Assembly (NCBI GenBank): GCA_015680685.1 | Contig: MNCI01002402.1 | Coordinates: 1 to 64,000, forward strand | Length of the DNA stretch: 64,000 nucleotides | Direction: 5' to 3' | Source: Gnetum montanum | Taxonomy: Eukaryota > Plantae > Gnetophyta | Shown here: in pieces, positions 1 to 14,502 of the stretch | Layout: each line of letters opens with the position of its first letter | Numbering within the stretch: the first letter of the stretch is position 1 | Notes under the pieces: model-generated | Told to the model about the DNA's origin: nothing | Database searches by the model: none | What the model saw: only the letters and a program-made list of their open reading frames with translations | Position numbers and translations under genes: made by a program

Positions 1-1220
1 ATATATGAGAGCTAGCTATTAGAGCAAAAGGAAAAAATATTATTAGCTACAAATGGTTATATAAAATAAAGTTCAATGAAAAATAAGAAGTCACAAAACA
101 TAGTAATATTAGTAGCAAAGGATTTTAGAGCAACCTATTATACTAGTGGTAAGGTGTGAAACTATAAAACTTATTCTTTTAATCATTGCTCATCAAAATC
201 TAAAGCTACATCCAATAAACATTAACTCAACATTCCTTAATGGATACATAATGAAGAAGTTTATATCCAATAGTTAGAAGGATATACAGTTAAAGAAAAG
301 GAGGACAATGTTTGCAAACTAAAAAAAGGCTTTGTATGAATTAAAGTAAGTACCTAGAGCATGATTTCATATAATAACTAAGTATAACTAAAATAACATG
401 TGAAGAAGGACATCAAGGTATATCTAACTAAGTATGTAAAATCCATTTTAGAAAAATACAACATCTTCAAAAGAAGCTAAGAAATTCTCCATTGCCTAAT
501 ATGATTAAGCTTGAAAATAAAGATAATATTCTTGTTGATGCAAAAATTACAAAAGTATAATGAGATCACTTCGATTTTTTGACACATCATTCCGGATTGA
601 GAATGTTCTACATCTCTTCTTTCATGTTTTAAGTAAGAACTAAGGGAATCACATCTTAAAGATCTCATTTATGCTTTAAAGTACATTAAAGGGACTATAT
701 ATCATAAACTTAATTATACCCTAGAAGATGGAAAATTTCATGCCTACATAGATGTTAATTTGGGAGGAGATAATGACAATAGAAAATTAACATAAGATAT
801 TATTATTTTCCATGGAAAAATGAAATTTATTAAAATTCCAAGAAAAACAATTTAGTTAATTTATCAACATTTCATGAAGAATTCATTGTAATGGTAGAAT
901 GCACTCAACATATCCTTTGCTTCAAGAAACTTATGACTCACCATGGATTCTATGTTAATTTACCCATCAAACTTTCATGTGATAACACATTAGTAATCAA
1001 ACTTTTTAATAAACATGTTCTTTACAAAAAGTTAAAATAAATTAACATAAAATATTATTTCATAAAATAAGAAATGAAATATGGATATATTAAAGTCATT
1101 CATGTCGATTTAAATAATTAATTAGTTGATTTATTTATAAAATTTATTTTAGATTATAGGAATAAATATCTTTACCATAACATAGGCATTATGAAGATCT
1201 TAAATAAACTAAAAGGAGAA
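1..1220 (+). mobile_element. Ty1/copia pol remnant (RT and RNase H) ending in a polypurine tract
   Basis: Decayed translation NGYINEEVYIQ*LEGY..KEDNVCKLKK(A)LYELK*VPRA at ~239-361 matches the copia RT LYGLKQAPRAW region. AY.D...GGDNDNRK (~742-785) and CDN....IK (~977) match copia RNase H. Purine tract aaaaggagaa at 1211-1220. Confidence 0.85.
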
Positions 1221-1538
1221 TAAGTAATTTGCATTGTATCGTAATGGAGTAATTGTTAATAGTTGTGTGTAATGAATGTGATATTTTATCATACCTTGTA
1301 ATTTAGGAACTAAAGCCGTGTACTCTATTTGTGTCTCTTTTAATGCAAAAAGATAGAATTAAATGATCTTTTATTTTATTAATTAATATGGTCTTAATCA
1401 TTTGCTATAAATACAAGGGTCATACCATGATTTAGTGCTTTTTTAATTTAAAATTAAAGATTGAGTACCAAATTTTCGCCTTCGATACCTCTTTATCATT
1501 TCATACTCAACTATATAAACATATTTTAATTTTCAACA
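1221..1538 (+). repeat. Probable 3' LTR of the copia element
   Basis: Starts right after the PPT, contains ctataaata (~1405) and ends in ttttcaaca (1538). The partner LTR is outside the window. Confidence 0.5.
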
Positions 1539-1577
1539 AATTCTAAATATTTTTCCCCTTCAATCATTAATAATCAT

Positions 1578-2529
1578 TGATGTTAATGAACAATTAATAA
1601 ATTAAGTGCAACATCACACCTACAATGCTATGATATCATGTGTTTTCATATAATATCAGATAGATGCAATATATCTTGGCTAGATAACGCCTATATATTT
1701 TGCCCAACCAATGTACTTAAAACATGGTTTTTATCCACCCTTAAATAAATTATTTTTGTTTATTTTTTTATGAATTTAGAGTTAGTTCATAAGTGCTTGT
1801 AGTGTAGTTTGGAGGAATTGTATAAAATCTTTATTTGAGTGAGATGTACCTGGATATATTTCCTAGCTAGAAATAAAGATTGAAATCAAACTTGATCATT
1901 CCAGCATATCGCTTAGCTTAGATTTACTTTTACATATAGTTTACATTTCTTATTTCATTTATATTTTTTATATCATTTACATTTTTATTGCATATTAGTA
2001 CCTTGACAAAATAAGTGCAATCAATCTCCAACATAAAGTGTAATTGTCTAGTAAACTAGTAGCAATATTACTTGGTACACCCAACAATAATACTTCTTGG
2101 TATTCTAGTGGAAAGTATACAAGCCTAGGATATGTACAAAAGGTTTCGAACAATGCTTATCATTACTAGGCTACTATAGGAGTTATTTTCCCTTAGTACT
2201 TAGGATTAACATTCAATTTCTATGTTCCATTACATTATTTTACTTTTACTTTCTTTGTACTAAAATAGTATCATATCATATACCTCACACTAAAAGTAAA
2301 ATATATATTTTGATCACAACTAACTTAAGTGAGAATATCCCTATCAATGATTAATGTATAAACTCTCTAGAGATTATATTAGTCTATCCATATATTATGA
2401 TCAGACCACATATAATACCTGTGATTTGTATGGTTGGGAATAGGGAACTCTCACTACTAATCACTAGTATCATTATTGAGGATGATGTTAATGTTCTAGA
2501 TTAGTTGATATCATACAAGCTTTGTATCA
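1578..2529 (+). repeat. 5' LTR of an older Athila-related element that hosts the 2636-15375 insertion
   Basis: tgatg...tatca termini. The block at ~1820-1910 (atctttatttgag...gaaataaagat...aaacttg) resembles the other Athila LTRs here. Followed by ATG GCT TCT TCA (2604), similar to the MSSSSHK gag start of the other copies. Confidence 0.5.
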
Positions 2530-2635
2530 ATTTTTAATGCTTCATCTTTCAAGAAATTTAATATTTTAAAAATACACACATATAGAGAGAAAATTAACTA
2601 AACATGGCTTCTTCATACAAAGCTAATATTGAATT

Positions 2636-3525
2636 TGATGAAGTGTCTTTGTTTGGCGGCATCAATGAGATGTCTTTGATAGGATCCTATTGACTTGACC
2701 CCAATAACATAGGGTTTTCCATGTTGATGTGTACCCATTGACATGGCATCATAGTAGGTCTATAAATACGGCACCCAACCATGTTGATGGAGGTTAGAAT
2801 TTCAGTTGCTAGGTAATTCTNTTACAAGAATTACCTAGCAACTGAAATTCTAACCTCCATCAACATGGTTGGGTGCCGTATTTATAGACCTACTATGATG
2901 CCATGTCAATGGGTACNAGCACTACAATGTGTGTGGCAATAAAGATGAGCTTTTTGATAAACCTTGTACCATTTGCACTAGCTTAATAATTTATTTATGC
3001 ATTTATTGTTTTCATTAATAAAGTGATTAATTAAGCTAGAACAATTAAGACTTTAAGTAATTAATTAATTAAGCTAAATAGGCTAGCACACATAAGTATG
3101 ACCACTTCAAGCATACGTATAACACTTGGTAATCCCAATAATGCTTAACACTTGGTCACCTAGCTATGTTGTACATGTTTAGGATGTGTACAAAAAGTGG
3201 GATTAGATGCTTATGTTAGGATACTTAGTTTTTAATTAGCAATTAAATTAGTTGAATTAGTTAATCAATTTATTCTCAATCTATTACTAACCTTAGGAGA
3301 ACATAATAGAAAATAATAAAAATCATGTGCCTCAATTTCACTTAACCATACAACTAAGCTCCACAAGTGTAGTTGGAAAGAAAACAGTCATTCCATGATT
3401 AGATTCACCTTCTAGATTGAATCTTGCATATGAGAACACTAGAAATCCATAGAATTTTACCAAACTACATGTTAATGCCTTAGTGATTCATATGGTTGAG
3501 CGTAGGTGTACCTCATCACTCATCA
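2636..3525 (+). repeat. 5' LTR of element A
   Basis: tgatgaagtgtcttt...gtacctcatcactcatca. Collinear with 14503-15375 except an N-flanked inverted duplication at 2821-2917. Confidence 0.9.
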
Positions 3526-3545
3526 TTAGCATTGTTGTTAGGGAT
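3526..3545 (+). promoter_or_regulatory. Primer-binding site, tRNA-Asp type (Athila), deaminated
   Basis: ttagcattgttgttagggat differs from ttggcgccgttgccggggat only by C>T/G>A transitions and lies immediately after the LTR. Confidence 0.75.
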
Positions 3546-3683
3546 TTTTAGCCATTATCATGCATTATCAATCTAGGATTAGTGAAAGTTACTAAACATC
3601 ATTGAAATAAACCCAAAAAACTTAAATCATGATAATTAATCAAAACTATACTACAAGCACATTGAGAAATTTTTTCTAAAAAA

Positions 3684-6600
3684 ATGTCTTCTTCTTCTCA
3701 CAAACAAGATGATTCTAAGTCAATAGTAGCACAAGAATGTAGAGTGGTGTACAGTCATCTTGATAAGTTTGTACCCAATTTCACTTACATTCTCCATTGG
3801 GATGAACAAATGTAGTGGTGATACATGGAGGGGAATGTTGTATTTCCATATAACCAATCTATCCCCAAGATGCTGCTCCAAACACTTACAAGGTTCGACA
3901 TCGAGGAGCTTCATGGAGAGTACATTGTGAAAGATCATGACTTTCGAGAGTACTGTCCCACTAAGACACAATGCAAATGACATCAACAATAGAAAAACTA
4001 GCATGACGCCATGAAGGGAAAACAGTTTACTAACCCCTTATTCTTGCTAAATTAAAAGGATAATGAGGAACCTCTTTTTGAGGGTTCTCAACATGCAAAC
4101 TCTACCTCGTAACTCTAGTGAAGGGAAGTTGAACCAAAATCCCAAATCAATGATCAACAATCTGGGTTCTAGTAACAATGAGTCCCATGGTCATGGGAGC
4201 TCTAAGAAAGGGGTTGAAGTGGGAACTCAAACAAGAATAATGATAATCACTCTAAAGATCGTGGTTGTGACAAACAAAGAGGAAGTCGTAGATACCACGG
4301 TGGTGGAAGTCCTCCTCCCTCTTTACCTTGTTCATCTAGATTAGCTTCCTCCTCCAAATTTGAAAAGAACTGAAAGTTGTAGGATAACAATGATAATTGT
4401 AGAGACCACCATGAATGAAGGAATGGTAGAGAACATCATAGGCATCATCAAGATCATGATGATGAACCTCTACTAGCCACTCAAAATATGCTCAACATTG
4501 TAGAGGCTATTAGAATTCCTACCATGCATGTGAAAGATAGTCGAATCAAGCAACTAGACATGAAAAATATTCCCATATTTGATGGGGATATAACTAAGAT
4601 CTTCAAATTCATATACAAGCCTTTCATGATTCTTGTGCCTTAAAAAATATTAAAAGTGTTGGAAAAAACTCAAGCTATTCTCTAGAACACATTAAGGAAG
4701 TAGAAAGCTAGTGCTAGAATAAATCCATTGATGGAGTACAATGTTAGAACTATTTAATGACAAGTATTAGATGTACTCAAAAGTGACAAACCTATGAAGG
4801 AAAATCCAAGTTGAAAACAAGGAACACATGAACACTTGGATGCCACCATGGACAAATATTATTCATTATTACATCGTTTCCCTAGCCATGGTTTCTCTTA
4901 GTAGGAATAACTTTGCCACATCATAGATGGGCTTTGCTTAGAAACACGAAGGGCCCTTGGGTTCTATGTTGAAGGAAGACTATAAAAACTAAGAGCCCAT
5001 CAAATATAAAGGCTAATTAAGTAGGTAACAAAAGAGGAAGGAGAGTTGAGGAAATGAGAAAGTGCAAAAGAATATAAGAGGGATCCTTCCATTAGAAAGA
5101 AGGAAGTTTGCTTTTGTGATAGCGAAGAAGAGTCACCTCTTGATGAGGTCATGGAATGAAACACCTTACCAATCCAAAAATCTATGTATGAAAGTTTGGC
5201 CAAGGTAGATAAAATATTGGATTCATTGGATAAAAAATTCCAAACTACTCTAAAAATCATAGAAGAATCAAGAGAGTAGAATAGTGATCGTGATCACAGG
5301 AGGTAGAAAGAAGTTGAACATTCCTACCAAAGGGGTAAGGGAAAAGATACTACAGTGGAAGAAGTTGTGGAGACTAAATCAGATGTTGATGGTGGGTGTA
5401 ACATCTACCATTATGAACATATTAAGGGATGTCTCCCTATTGTGTCATACTTATAAGAATATGGGATGTATGCTTTGAATCCACAATTATCAAAAATATG
5501 AACACCTAGAAGATTTCCTTATCCTTAAGGAAATCCTAGGTAGTTTCATCAACAACAAATTTATTATCCAAGTGGAATGCCATCACAACCATATGAGTAG
5601 TATCAGTACTGGTAACAATCATAGTAGTGGGGGATGCCACCACCATAGCAGTAGCACCCTCATAGGTAGCCAGATCTATATGGGTAATATGTTCAACAAT
5701 CCTTGTCTCTACTTGATTCTTTCAATCATGTTTCTCCTTTCTAGCATCACTACGATCCTCCTAAATATCATTGAACTCATTCTCAAACTCTTAGGGGGGA
5801 TCCCATATTCTATCCATACCCTCCTCATGTGTCTACACCTTTTCCTCCACCCTCAACATAGCTATTGCCTACTCCATCCATGTAGGGTAAGCTTCTAGCT
5901 TAGCCACAACAATGTAATGCTACAAGAGTCATTAATCAACAACTAGTTAATCAACCAAGTGGTTTAGAAAATACATCTCATAAATGACCATTCTTTTGAT
6001 CCAACAGCCCTCTTAAGCCCTCACAAACTCATGTGGTTAGTCACCTTGATCCATCCTCATTCTTTGCAAATCATTAAATCGAGAGCCCTTTAAATCAAAT
6101 TCCTTCCAAGATTAACACTATTATGTTAACTCATGCTATATCTGACTAGATCTAGGCTGGCAGCCTTCCCAAGAAATTAGTCAATCTTGGAAGTCTCCTT
6201 ATCTATTCACAAATTATTTGAAATGAACCATGCAAAGCTATTCTAAACTCAAGTTCTGGTGTTAATCTAATTTCCCATGAGATGTATACTACTTGGAACC
6301 TATTGCTTCTCAAGAAGAGTAGTATCATATTAAAATTGGTAGACCAATCCATCACTGTTCCATTGGGATTGGTAGAAGATACTGTGATCACTATCTATGA
6401 GTGGCCTTATCCCATTGATTTCCTAATAATCAAATTTAAGAACTACAAGGAGGATTTTCTAATCATTATGGGAAGGATGTGGCTAAGTACTGTTGATGTA
6501 AGAATGGACATTAGAGATCTTTTCTTAAAATTTTTTAAGGAAAATGCATTTGAAAAGATCAAGAAGAAATAAGTTCCATGCATTGTATATATTGATACAG

Positions 6601-9400
6601 GGTGTAACTGCATGTAGAAAATCTAGTCTAGTAAAAGAACATCCATTTTCACATGTAGGTAGTGTGCAAATGAAGTAGATATTCAAAGGTACCTATACAT
6701 AGTAGCCAAAAAATAAGAGGGCATCTAGTGGTTCACAACTAATTCTAAGAGTAGTACAATTTGCATGGAATTGATTGAGAGCCTAACATGAACCTATGTT
6801 ATAGGCATGGATGAACTGAAGCAAGTTTATCACCAACTCTCTAATGATGAAAATGATTATACCTATTGGGAAGAATTGAAAATTCTTGAAAATTTTAAAT
6901 AAAAGCCCTTAGAGTTAAAAACTCTAATTGCCAACCTAGAATATGCATTTCTAAAAAATGGAAAGCTAGTTATAATCAATGCTAAGATTACTCCTAAAAA
7001 AAAAGAGAAATGGTNGTTTCTAGATTGTTATATTTTCTATAAATAAATTCAGATTGCACTAAAGGATTAAGCTAAAACTACATTCATGAGTCCTTAGGAA
7101 AATTTTGCATATCAAAAGATGCCTTCTGGGTTGTGCAATACTCCTACCACATTTCAATGTTTAGTCTTGAGCATCTTTTAGCAGCAAATTGGTAGTAGGG
7201 TGGAAGTCTTCAAGGATGAATTTTCCACTTATGATACTACGTTCGAGCAGGCCTTTGAACACCTTAAGTAAGTATTAAAAAGATGTGTGGAGATAAACCT
7301 ATAGCTCAACTCGCAAAAGAGGCATCTAATGATCAAAGAGGACATAGTCTTGGAGCATAGAATCTCACAAGCAGGGATAGAGTTAGACCTTAAAAAGATA
7401 AGGGTCATCTAAGGAATAACTCATCAATTTTAAACATTTAAAGATGTCTGGTCATTCCTTGGACACACTAGTTACTACTGGTGATTCATAGAGAATTTCT
7501 CTAAGATTGCAAAATCATTGGTTAAGCTAACAAAGAAAGATTTTCCATTTGTTTGGACTCAGGAATGTGCAAATGAATTCCAATAGTTGAATGAGAAAAT
7601 CATAGAAACTCTAATTCCACAAAAACTAGACTCATATAGACTATTTTATATTATGATAGATGCATCAAATTATGCCTTGGGAGCCATGCTGACATAGTTG
7701 GATGATCAGAAACATTCATATTACATCCACTATGCAAGCCAAGGCATTGTGGGTACATTGCTCAATTACACCATAATAGAGAAAGAACTAATAATAGTGG
7801 TGTATGATTTGGAAGAGTTTAGGCATTATGTTCTTGAATACAAAGTGTTTGTGCACACTAACCATAGTGCCATTCGCTTCTTGATGAACAAGCCAATGGT
7901 GAGCACCCATGTCATATAATGGTTAGTGATCATGTAGGAATTTGATCTTGTGATGATAGATCAAAAAGAGACTAAGAACGTGATCACTGACCATCTCTCT
8001 TAGTTAATATGAGATAATAAAGAGGAGGAGAGCCCACATTTTGATCAATTTCTTGATGAACTCCTCTTTGTTGAAGAAATTAATGATGAAGTACCTGCAA
8101 AATCAAAATGCTATGATGGCATTCTCACTTATCTTCTCACTCAAGAGATGTCATAAGATTTGGACCATAGGAAGAAACAATAGTTTCTTCATCAAGTCAA
8201 GTGCTTCATGGAAATTAATGGACACCTTTACAAGGTATGCACCAATAGCCTAGTTTGTTGGTGTGTTCTTGACACTAATCAATTACACATTCTCCAAGAT
8301 GCTCATGAGGGCCCTTCCAAAGACCACTATGTAGGGAGATGCACAACCATTAATATCTTAATGGTAGAGTACTATTGGCCAAAGATATTCAAGGATGCCC
8401 ACCAATTTATCTGATCTTGTGAACACTATCAATGAGATGGTGAGATGACCATGTGAATGGAGGAACCTTAATAGTGAATCCAACCATTGGAACTCTTTAA
8501 CATATGGGGCATAGACTTCATGGGTTCCATCACATCCATGTTCAATGGAAAGGCATACAATATCATCATTGTTAACTACTGTACTAAATGGATAGAAGTA
8601 GTGGCTGGCATTAACTATACATCCTCCACTACTAGATTTTTTCAACAACACATTGAAAACAAGTTTGGAATGCCACATGCATTGATTTTTGACAATGGAA
8701 CCCATTTTACAAGCATCACTTTTCATAATCTTATGCAATGCTTGGGGCTTGAACATAAATTAACAACACCCTACCACCTCTAAGCTAATGGTCAAGCAAA
8801 GGTTACTAATAGGGAGATTACAATTATCTTAATAAGAATTGTTAGCAAATATAGGAGAGACTGGATTACAAAACTCAATGATGCTCTTTGGGTCTACTAC
8901 TCAACATGGAAAATCCCTATAGGCTACTTTCCCTATGAGCTAGTGTACAAAAAACTACCAACACTTCATGCAAGCTCCATACACTTTCAACAACCTATGA
9001 CTTGGATCTTGACCTGAGTCTAGCACAAAGAGAATGATTGATTAACCTTAATGTGCTAGATGAAAATCAATTAGTGGCCTTGTCCTTGAATGAAGTGCAC
9101 AAGATATTTAGCATGTAATGACATGACCTAAGAATAAGAAAAGTGAAGTTTCAACATGGAGATAAGGTCCTCTATTGGAACCCCACACATGTTCCATAAC
9201 AAACTAAATTTCAAGCATTGTGAAACGATCCTTATAAAATTGACAAAACCTTTTCTTCTAAGGCCATGATAATCTACAAACCTAAAAGCCCAAATAAGAA
9301 ATGATTAGTTAGCATTCAACAAATAAAATTTTTCCATGAGCCCAACCAAGCTAGTGCAATGAATACCTCATCAGATGGACAACTTCACTTAATCTTTTAG
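3684..9400 (+). pseudogene. gag-pol of element A (gag, protease, RT, RNase H, integrase) with many stops and frameshifts
   Basis: Protease-region ORF 6282-6572 (LKLVDQS..VPLGLVED..PIDFLI..IIMGRMWL). RT AYQKMPSGLCNTPTTFQ (~7107-7157). RNase H NYTIIEKEL..VVY..EEFRHY (7698-7919). Integrase H..HY..YYWPKIFKDA and WGIDFMG..KWIE..DNGTHF..TTPYH (8208-8783). An N gap at 7015 removes part of RT. Confidence 0.9.
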
Positions 9401-11456
9401 ATCTCATCTGTTCAACTCAGTTGTGGGGAAGATGGCCATACGTGCTAATTATTTACATAGTTCCTCAGTTTTTTTATTTTTTGTTTTACATATTTTTTTT
9501 TACACTTTGTTTTTCCTATTTCACACTTTTTTTTACACCATCGTTGATACATTTGATTTCTCTTGAATAGTTTACACTTTATTATATAATTTCTTTTCTT
9601 TGGGATGTGATTTTTAAAATTTTTAATAATAAAGTGCTTGGTGCCAATAGGACACAGTGGTTCTGTAGCTATAGTTAATGGTGGTTTGTATTTATTATTT
9701 TTGATTGATAATGTTTGGTTTCTATTTTTGAATTTTGGTATCGATAGCTAAGACCTAGTTTCTTTTTCATGGAATAGGCAATGAGTCCACACCATTCACC
9801 CATCCAAAAACTCTATAGTTTTTCTTTTTTTGAAAGTATGAGATCCATTTTTATTGAGAAAAACTTTAACAAACTTATGACCTTGGTAGTTTCTAAACTT
9901 GCAAATGATTCAAGGGTCTGAACAAGTTGTGACTTCAAGGGGATTCAATACTCTTTATACCTTTCTACTTACTTGGGTGCATGAGTGTTTTTAAGGATTT
10001 CTTACTATTCTATGTTTACCAATAATAGAAAGTTAAATAAGTCTTTGCATGGTGTTGTTCCCATATAAAAATAATTACAAAACAAAAAAAATGATGAAGA
10101 ACAACAAAAAGATAATGGGAATGCAAAGCACACCCCTTAGATAGAATAATGTGCTACAAGCACTGGCTATGGGACTAGCAAGACTTATTACCCATGCTTG
10201 AGGGTCCCCTCTAGCTAAGGCCCATTTTCACTTTCTACTTCTCTCTTCTTCTCTATAAGAGATAATGATTGATCTGTGGGAGCACTCTTGTGTCTTAAGA
10301 GGGTGGATTGGTCTTAGAGTAGTGATGTGAAGTCATTGAACATGGTTGGTTATGGTCTTGACTAAGGATGGATTTTATTAGGTCATTTAACCAAAAAATT
10401 CATGAGGGACATCATGTAACCTTAATCAAGAATTCCATTCCACTTTCTCTTTCATCCATCTATGTTTTCCATGACTTACGTCACTGCTGGTGTCCATGTC
10501 CTTGTTTGTTGTCTTGGTTTGATGTGCCTAAATTCTTAGGTACATTCTTCTAGGTTTTGGTCCTCAACTTTCATAGTCATTAATCACCTATGGGACCCAT
10601 GAACTCCTTAAGTTAAGGTTATGCAAGGGCAAAAAGGGCATGTGCCTGCTATGGGGAGGACCCACTAGCATATCTCTTGGTTGGATTGGTTAGGTACCTC
10701 ATCCTTAGACATTCCTACAATTCAAACCTTCGTATACCCCATCTAATACATCCAGTTATGCACTTCTTAATGTAATTTCTTCAATGAACAAATTCTCCAC
10801 CTAAATTTTCAATTTTTGAGTTTTCAACATTCCTCTTCAATGATTCCATCAAATTCTTAGCTTTTTTGAAACTCCATGGATCCTACTTTTATTAGAAAAC
10901 TCCATGTATTTTTAGATTAATTCAAGTTGAAAAATTTTGTTTAAACCCTTCATAAATACGTATCCATTGATAGATCCGCTATGTATACAGGACCTCATTG
11001 ATGCAACATAAAAATAGTATATATATGCACCTACACTTCAAAATTTTCACATTTCCTTTCAAACACCAAAGGGTTTTTTGTAATTTTTAGTGCCTAGAAC
11101 CTTCTAGAAGCTATATCTTCCTAACCATTTATCCAAATCACTTTGTTCTTCAACCTTGTAGCTACCAAAGGTAAGCTCTTAATCATGGGGGACCTAAATT
11201 TTTTTACCAAAAATGTTTCTAAATATTTCTAACTCCCTCAAAGGTTTAATAAATAAGCCAACATGAAAACATCAAATTACAAAAGTTAAACCCTTCAAAC
11301 TAGCTCCAGTAACACTTTGAACTTAAAAATTAATAAAATAACCAATTTACCATGGTCCAACCTTAGCCTAAGTGTAACTAAATAATGAGACGAGGTATTA
11401 AAACATTATAAGTTACACATTATATATAATAATTCTTGGATGTGTTGTAACCATAG

Positions 11457-14280
11457 ATGGCACCAAAGGGGAAGCACACATAGGAAGGAGGACCATCATA
11501 ACCATGGAACAGATGACCATAGATGGGAAGGGGCCAATAATAAGCCTAAGAACAACAACTAGTAACCCATGCTATGGTACCTCTTAGGAAGGAGCTCGAA
11601 GTGGAATCTATCCATTAGATTCTAGAATAAGCAGTAGTGACAAAGAAATCCCAATGAGATGAGGCACCAACTCCATAAGAAAACCTTGAGGTGACCTTGA
11701 TAGAAGCCTATCTCAAGTAGATTAAATTAGAGAAGGTTCAAAAAATGGTTCTCCAAAAGTTGAATTTTGATTGTTTCTTAGAGCAAGCACCTCAAGAAGT
11801 ATAAGATCAATTGAATACCTCTCCCATGTAGCCCATTATCACTTCCAATGGGAAGTGGTACATGAAAGAGACATTCTTATTATAGAATAATAGGTAGGCC
11901 TATTCAATGGTCAAGATTGAGGCACTTGGGTTGCTAGAAATTAGGGTGAATCTTACTAAGGTTCCAATACAGGTAGACCCTAGCATCAAGAAAGAATGGA
12001 TATAGTGGTGTTATGGCATTGACTATAAAGATTTTGGTGCATCCACATTGGATGACAGAATCTAATACAAGATTACAGCCTTTCACCTCAATCCAATGGT
12101 GAGGCCAAGAAAGATCACTGCCTTCTCTACCCATGCATGTGTTGTTCTAAGTGTTAGATTCCCTATCAAACTTCCATAGCTAATCTATATTAAGATAGCA
12201 AAGTGTTTCAAGAAGAATGAATGTGGAATGAAGGCACTCCCCTTTTCATGCTTAATCAGAAAAATATGTTAGAGGGGAGGAATAACTTGCTATACAAATC
12301 ACAAAGTACGATGTGCTCATTCTACTACTAACTGGATGGATATGACAAAGGATAATGTTCCTATAAAAGTAATTTAATAAGAGGAGAAGCAACCACCACC
12401 TCCATCACCCACTTAGTAATAATGCCAAACATTGTTGTGACTTGTCAACAATTATGTGAACTCTAAGAATAGCTCTTCAATAAGCAAGAGTAATAAGTAT
12501 GAATGAGTGGTGGCAATCCATCTATGTATCAGCCAATAATAAGTCACCTAAATGAAGTGGCTTAAATAATTAGCCAAATGCATGAGGGTGGACTAATCTT
12601 TTTAGCCAAAATAATGTAGTTGATCGCAAGATTGAATTCTAGCACTCCAGAGGTAATAGTATTCCTCTCACAATAGCAACAATTCCCAAAAATCTCTAGG
12701 AATGCTACTATTTTTTCAACACACTTAGAGGGTGAGGGGGCAATAGTTTTATGATGTAGCACCAAGGGTAGGAGATAGTAGTGCAGGTGGTTGCTGATAG
12801 AATTGTTGAAATCCTAAACAAACTTGCAGTGTTTATACCAAATGTCTATGCACTTAAAGATGTGTAGATGTTCACAATGACAATAAGTGGAAAGTTGAGC
12901 ATAACACAAAATAAACAATTACTAGACCAACTGGTGGGAACTAGGCAATTGATTTTGAACATCTTCAACCTTCTAGACAACATAACTATAACCTAGTTAG
13001 AGTTGCTAAAAGCAAGGGACAAGAACGTCATTTTCTATGGGAAACCTAAAATAGCCGAAGAGCTAAATGAACACTTAGCTAGCAAGGTTGCCAAATTAAG
13101 AGCCCAGATTTCTAACTCTACATTCCTCAATCCAACACTAACAAAGGATGAAGTTCTTGAATAGCTTCACCTAATATTAAAAGGGGTTGAGGGTGTGATG
13201 GAGACAATAGTGTTCTATCGATGCTTGGTAGAGGCCACTTAGTATAAAATTTAGAAGGCCTTGGATCAAACCTAATAGAAAAATGTATAATTGACTATAG
13301 AGAATCATCACCTACAAAATGTTAATGCACAAAAACAATAGATGGTAGATTTCATCTATTAACAGTAGGAGTAGCTAGCCAAACTAACTATTAAGCTAAG
13401 GACATTGACAACAGAAAATAGAAACCTCTTGATGGAGGAGGTCTATTCTCTTCATTAAAAGACTATAATCAAAGTAGCATACTAGAAATTAGAGGCTTTC
13501 AAATTTGAGAGCGTCAAAAATCACTACAAAGATTAGGTTGGTCTATAGAAAGAATTTAGTGAAAAATACCACCAGTTGATAAATGCAAAAGTAAATGAGA
13601 TCCTCTAACAACTCTAGCAAGGAAGAGAGGTATGGAAATCTATTATTTTTAGGATAGATGCCTACAACAAAGTGAATATTTGCATGAAGGTGTTGAAAAT
13701 TGAGGAAATGATAGAATACATGGAGCTTTCCAATCTTCAATATGCAAATCTAGCTATGCTAACTACTAGACGATCATGATCTAAATTGGAGAAACAAGTG
13801 ACTAGCTCGTATTTGTCATATGAGGCAGGGTTTAACCATCATAAGGACACCAAGAAGAAGCTTGCAATGGAAAACATGAAACTCAAGGTTATCAAGGTAA
13901 AGTTCATTGATCAAAGATTAACTACCAAGAACTTGACCAAGAGAATGAATGACTACTAGGAGTTACAGAATGCACTCAATGTGTTCGATATTGAATGCAA
14001 GAAATTTGCTACTTAGTATTTCAATGTGAAGAAGCTATTCTAGATAATGTCCTATCTATGAAATATCACCATTCTAACCCACATTGGTGATGCCATGTAA
14101 ACTATGAATTATCCCCAAAGCAAGGATGAGAAGATGAAGGCATTATTGGATGCCTTTCACCTTCCATCGGAAGTGGCAACTGTAGCTAGACAACCATAGT
14201 TGCCTCAACCATCATGTGCTCTTGAAGTAAGAGAAGGTCCTTTAGAACTTTAGGAACCTCCACCACTTAGGACCATTTGA
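11457..14280 (+). pseudogene. Extra 3' ('env-like') ORF of element A: LPF(P/S)CLIRK domain plus long coiled-coil-like C-terminus
   Basis: Starts ag|ATG GCA CCA AAG (MAPKGK). KLP.LIY.KIAKCFKKNECGMKALPFSCLIRKIC at ~12166-12270. K/E/L/Q-rich heptad-like sequence at 12900-14050. Collinear with 54960-57116. Confidence 0.7.
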
Positions 14281-14502
14281 TCTTTTTAGTTGTCTTCATG
14301 CCATCAGCAGACATGTTATCCAATTTTGTTTAGTCATGTTCTACTGTTTAATTTTGTGTCGTGAACATCATAATTTTGTACTTAATGTCAATCCATACAC
14401 TTAGGCACTTAGTTTTGTTGTGTCATGTGTCATTCAATAATCCCATACCTTTTCAATTTTGTAAAGAAATCAAGGATGAATTCGCATTCAATCATTGGGG
14501 TA

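Noticed and set aside
2731-2917. Perfect ~90 bp inverted repeat (hairpin) in the 5' LTR of element A
   Set aside because: The inverted copy is bounded by Ns at 2821 and 2917, is 100% identical in otherwise decayed DNA, and replaces sequence present in the 3' LTR: scaffolding artefact.
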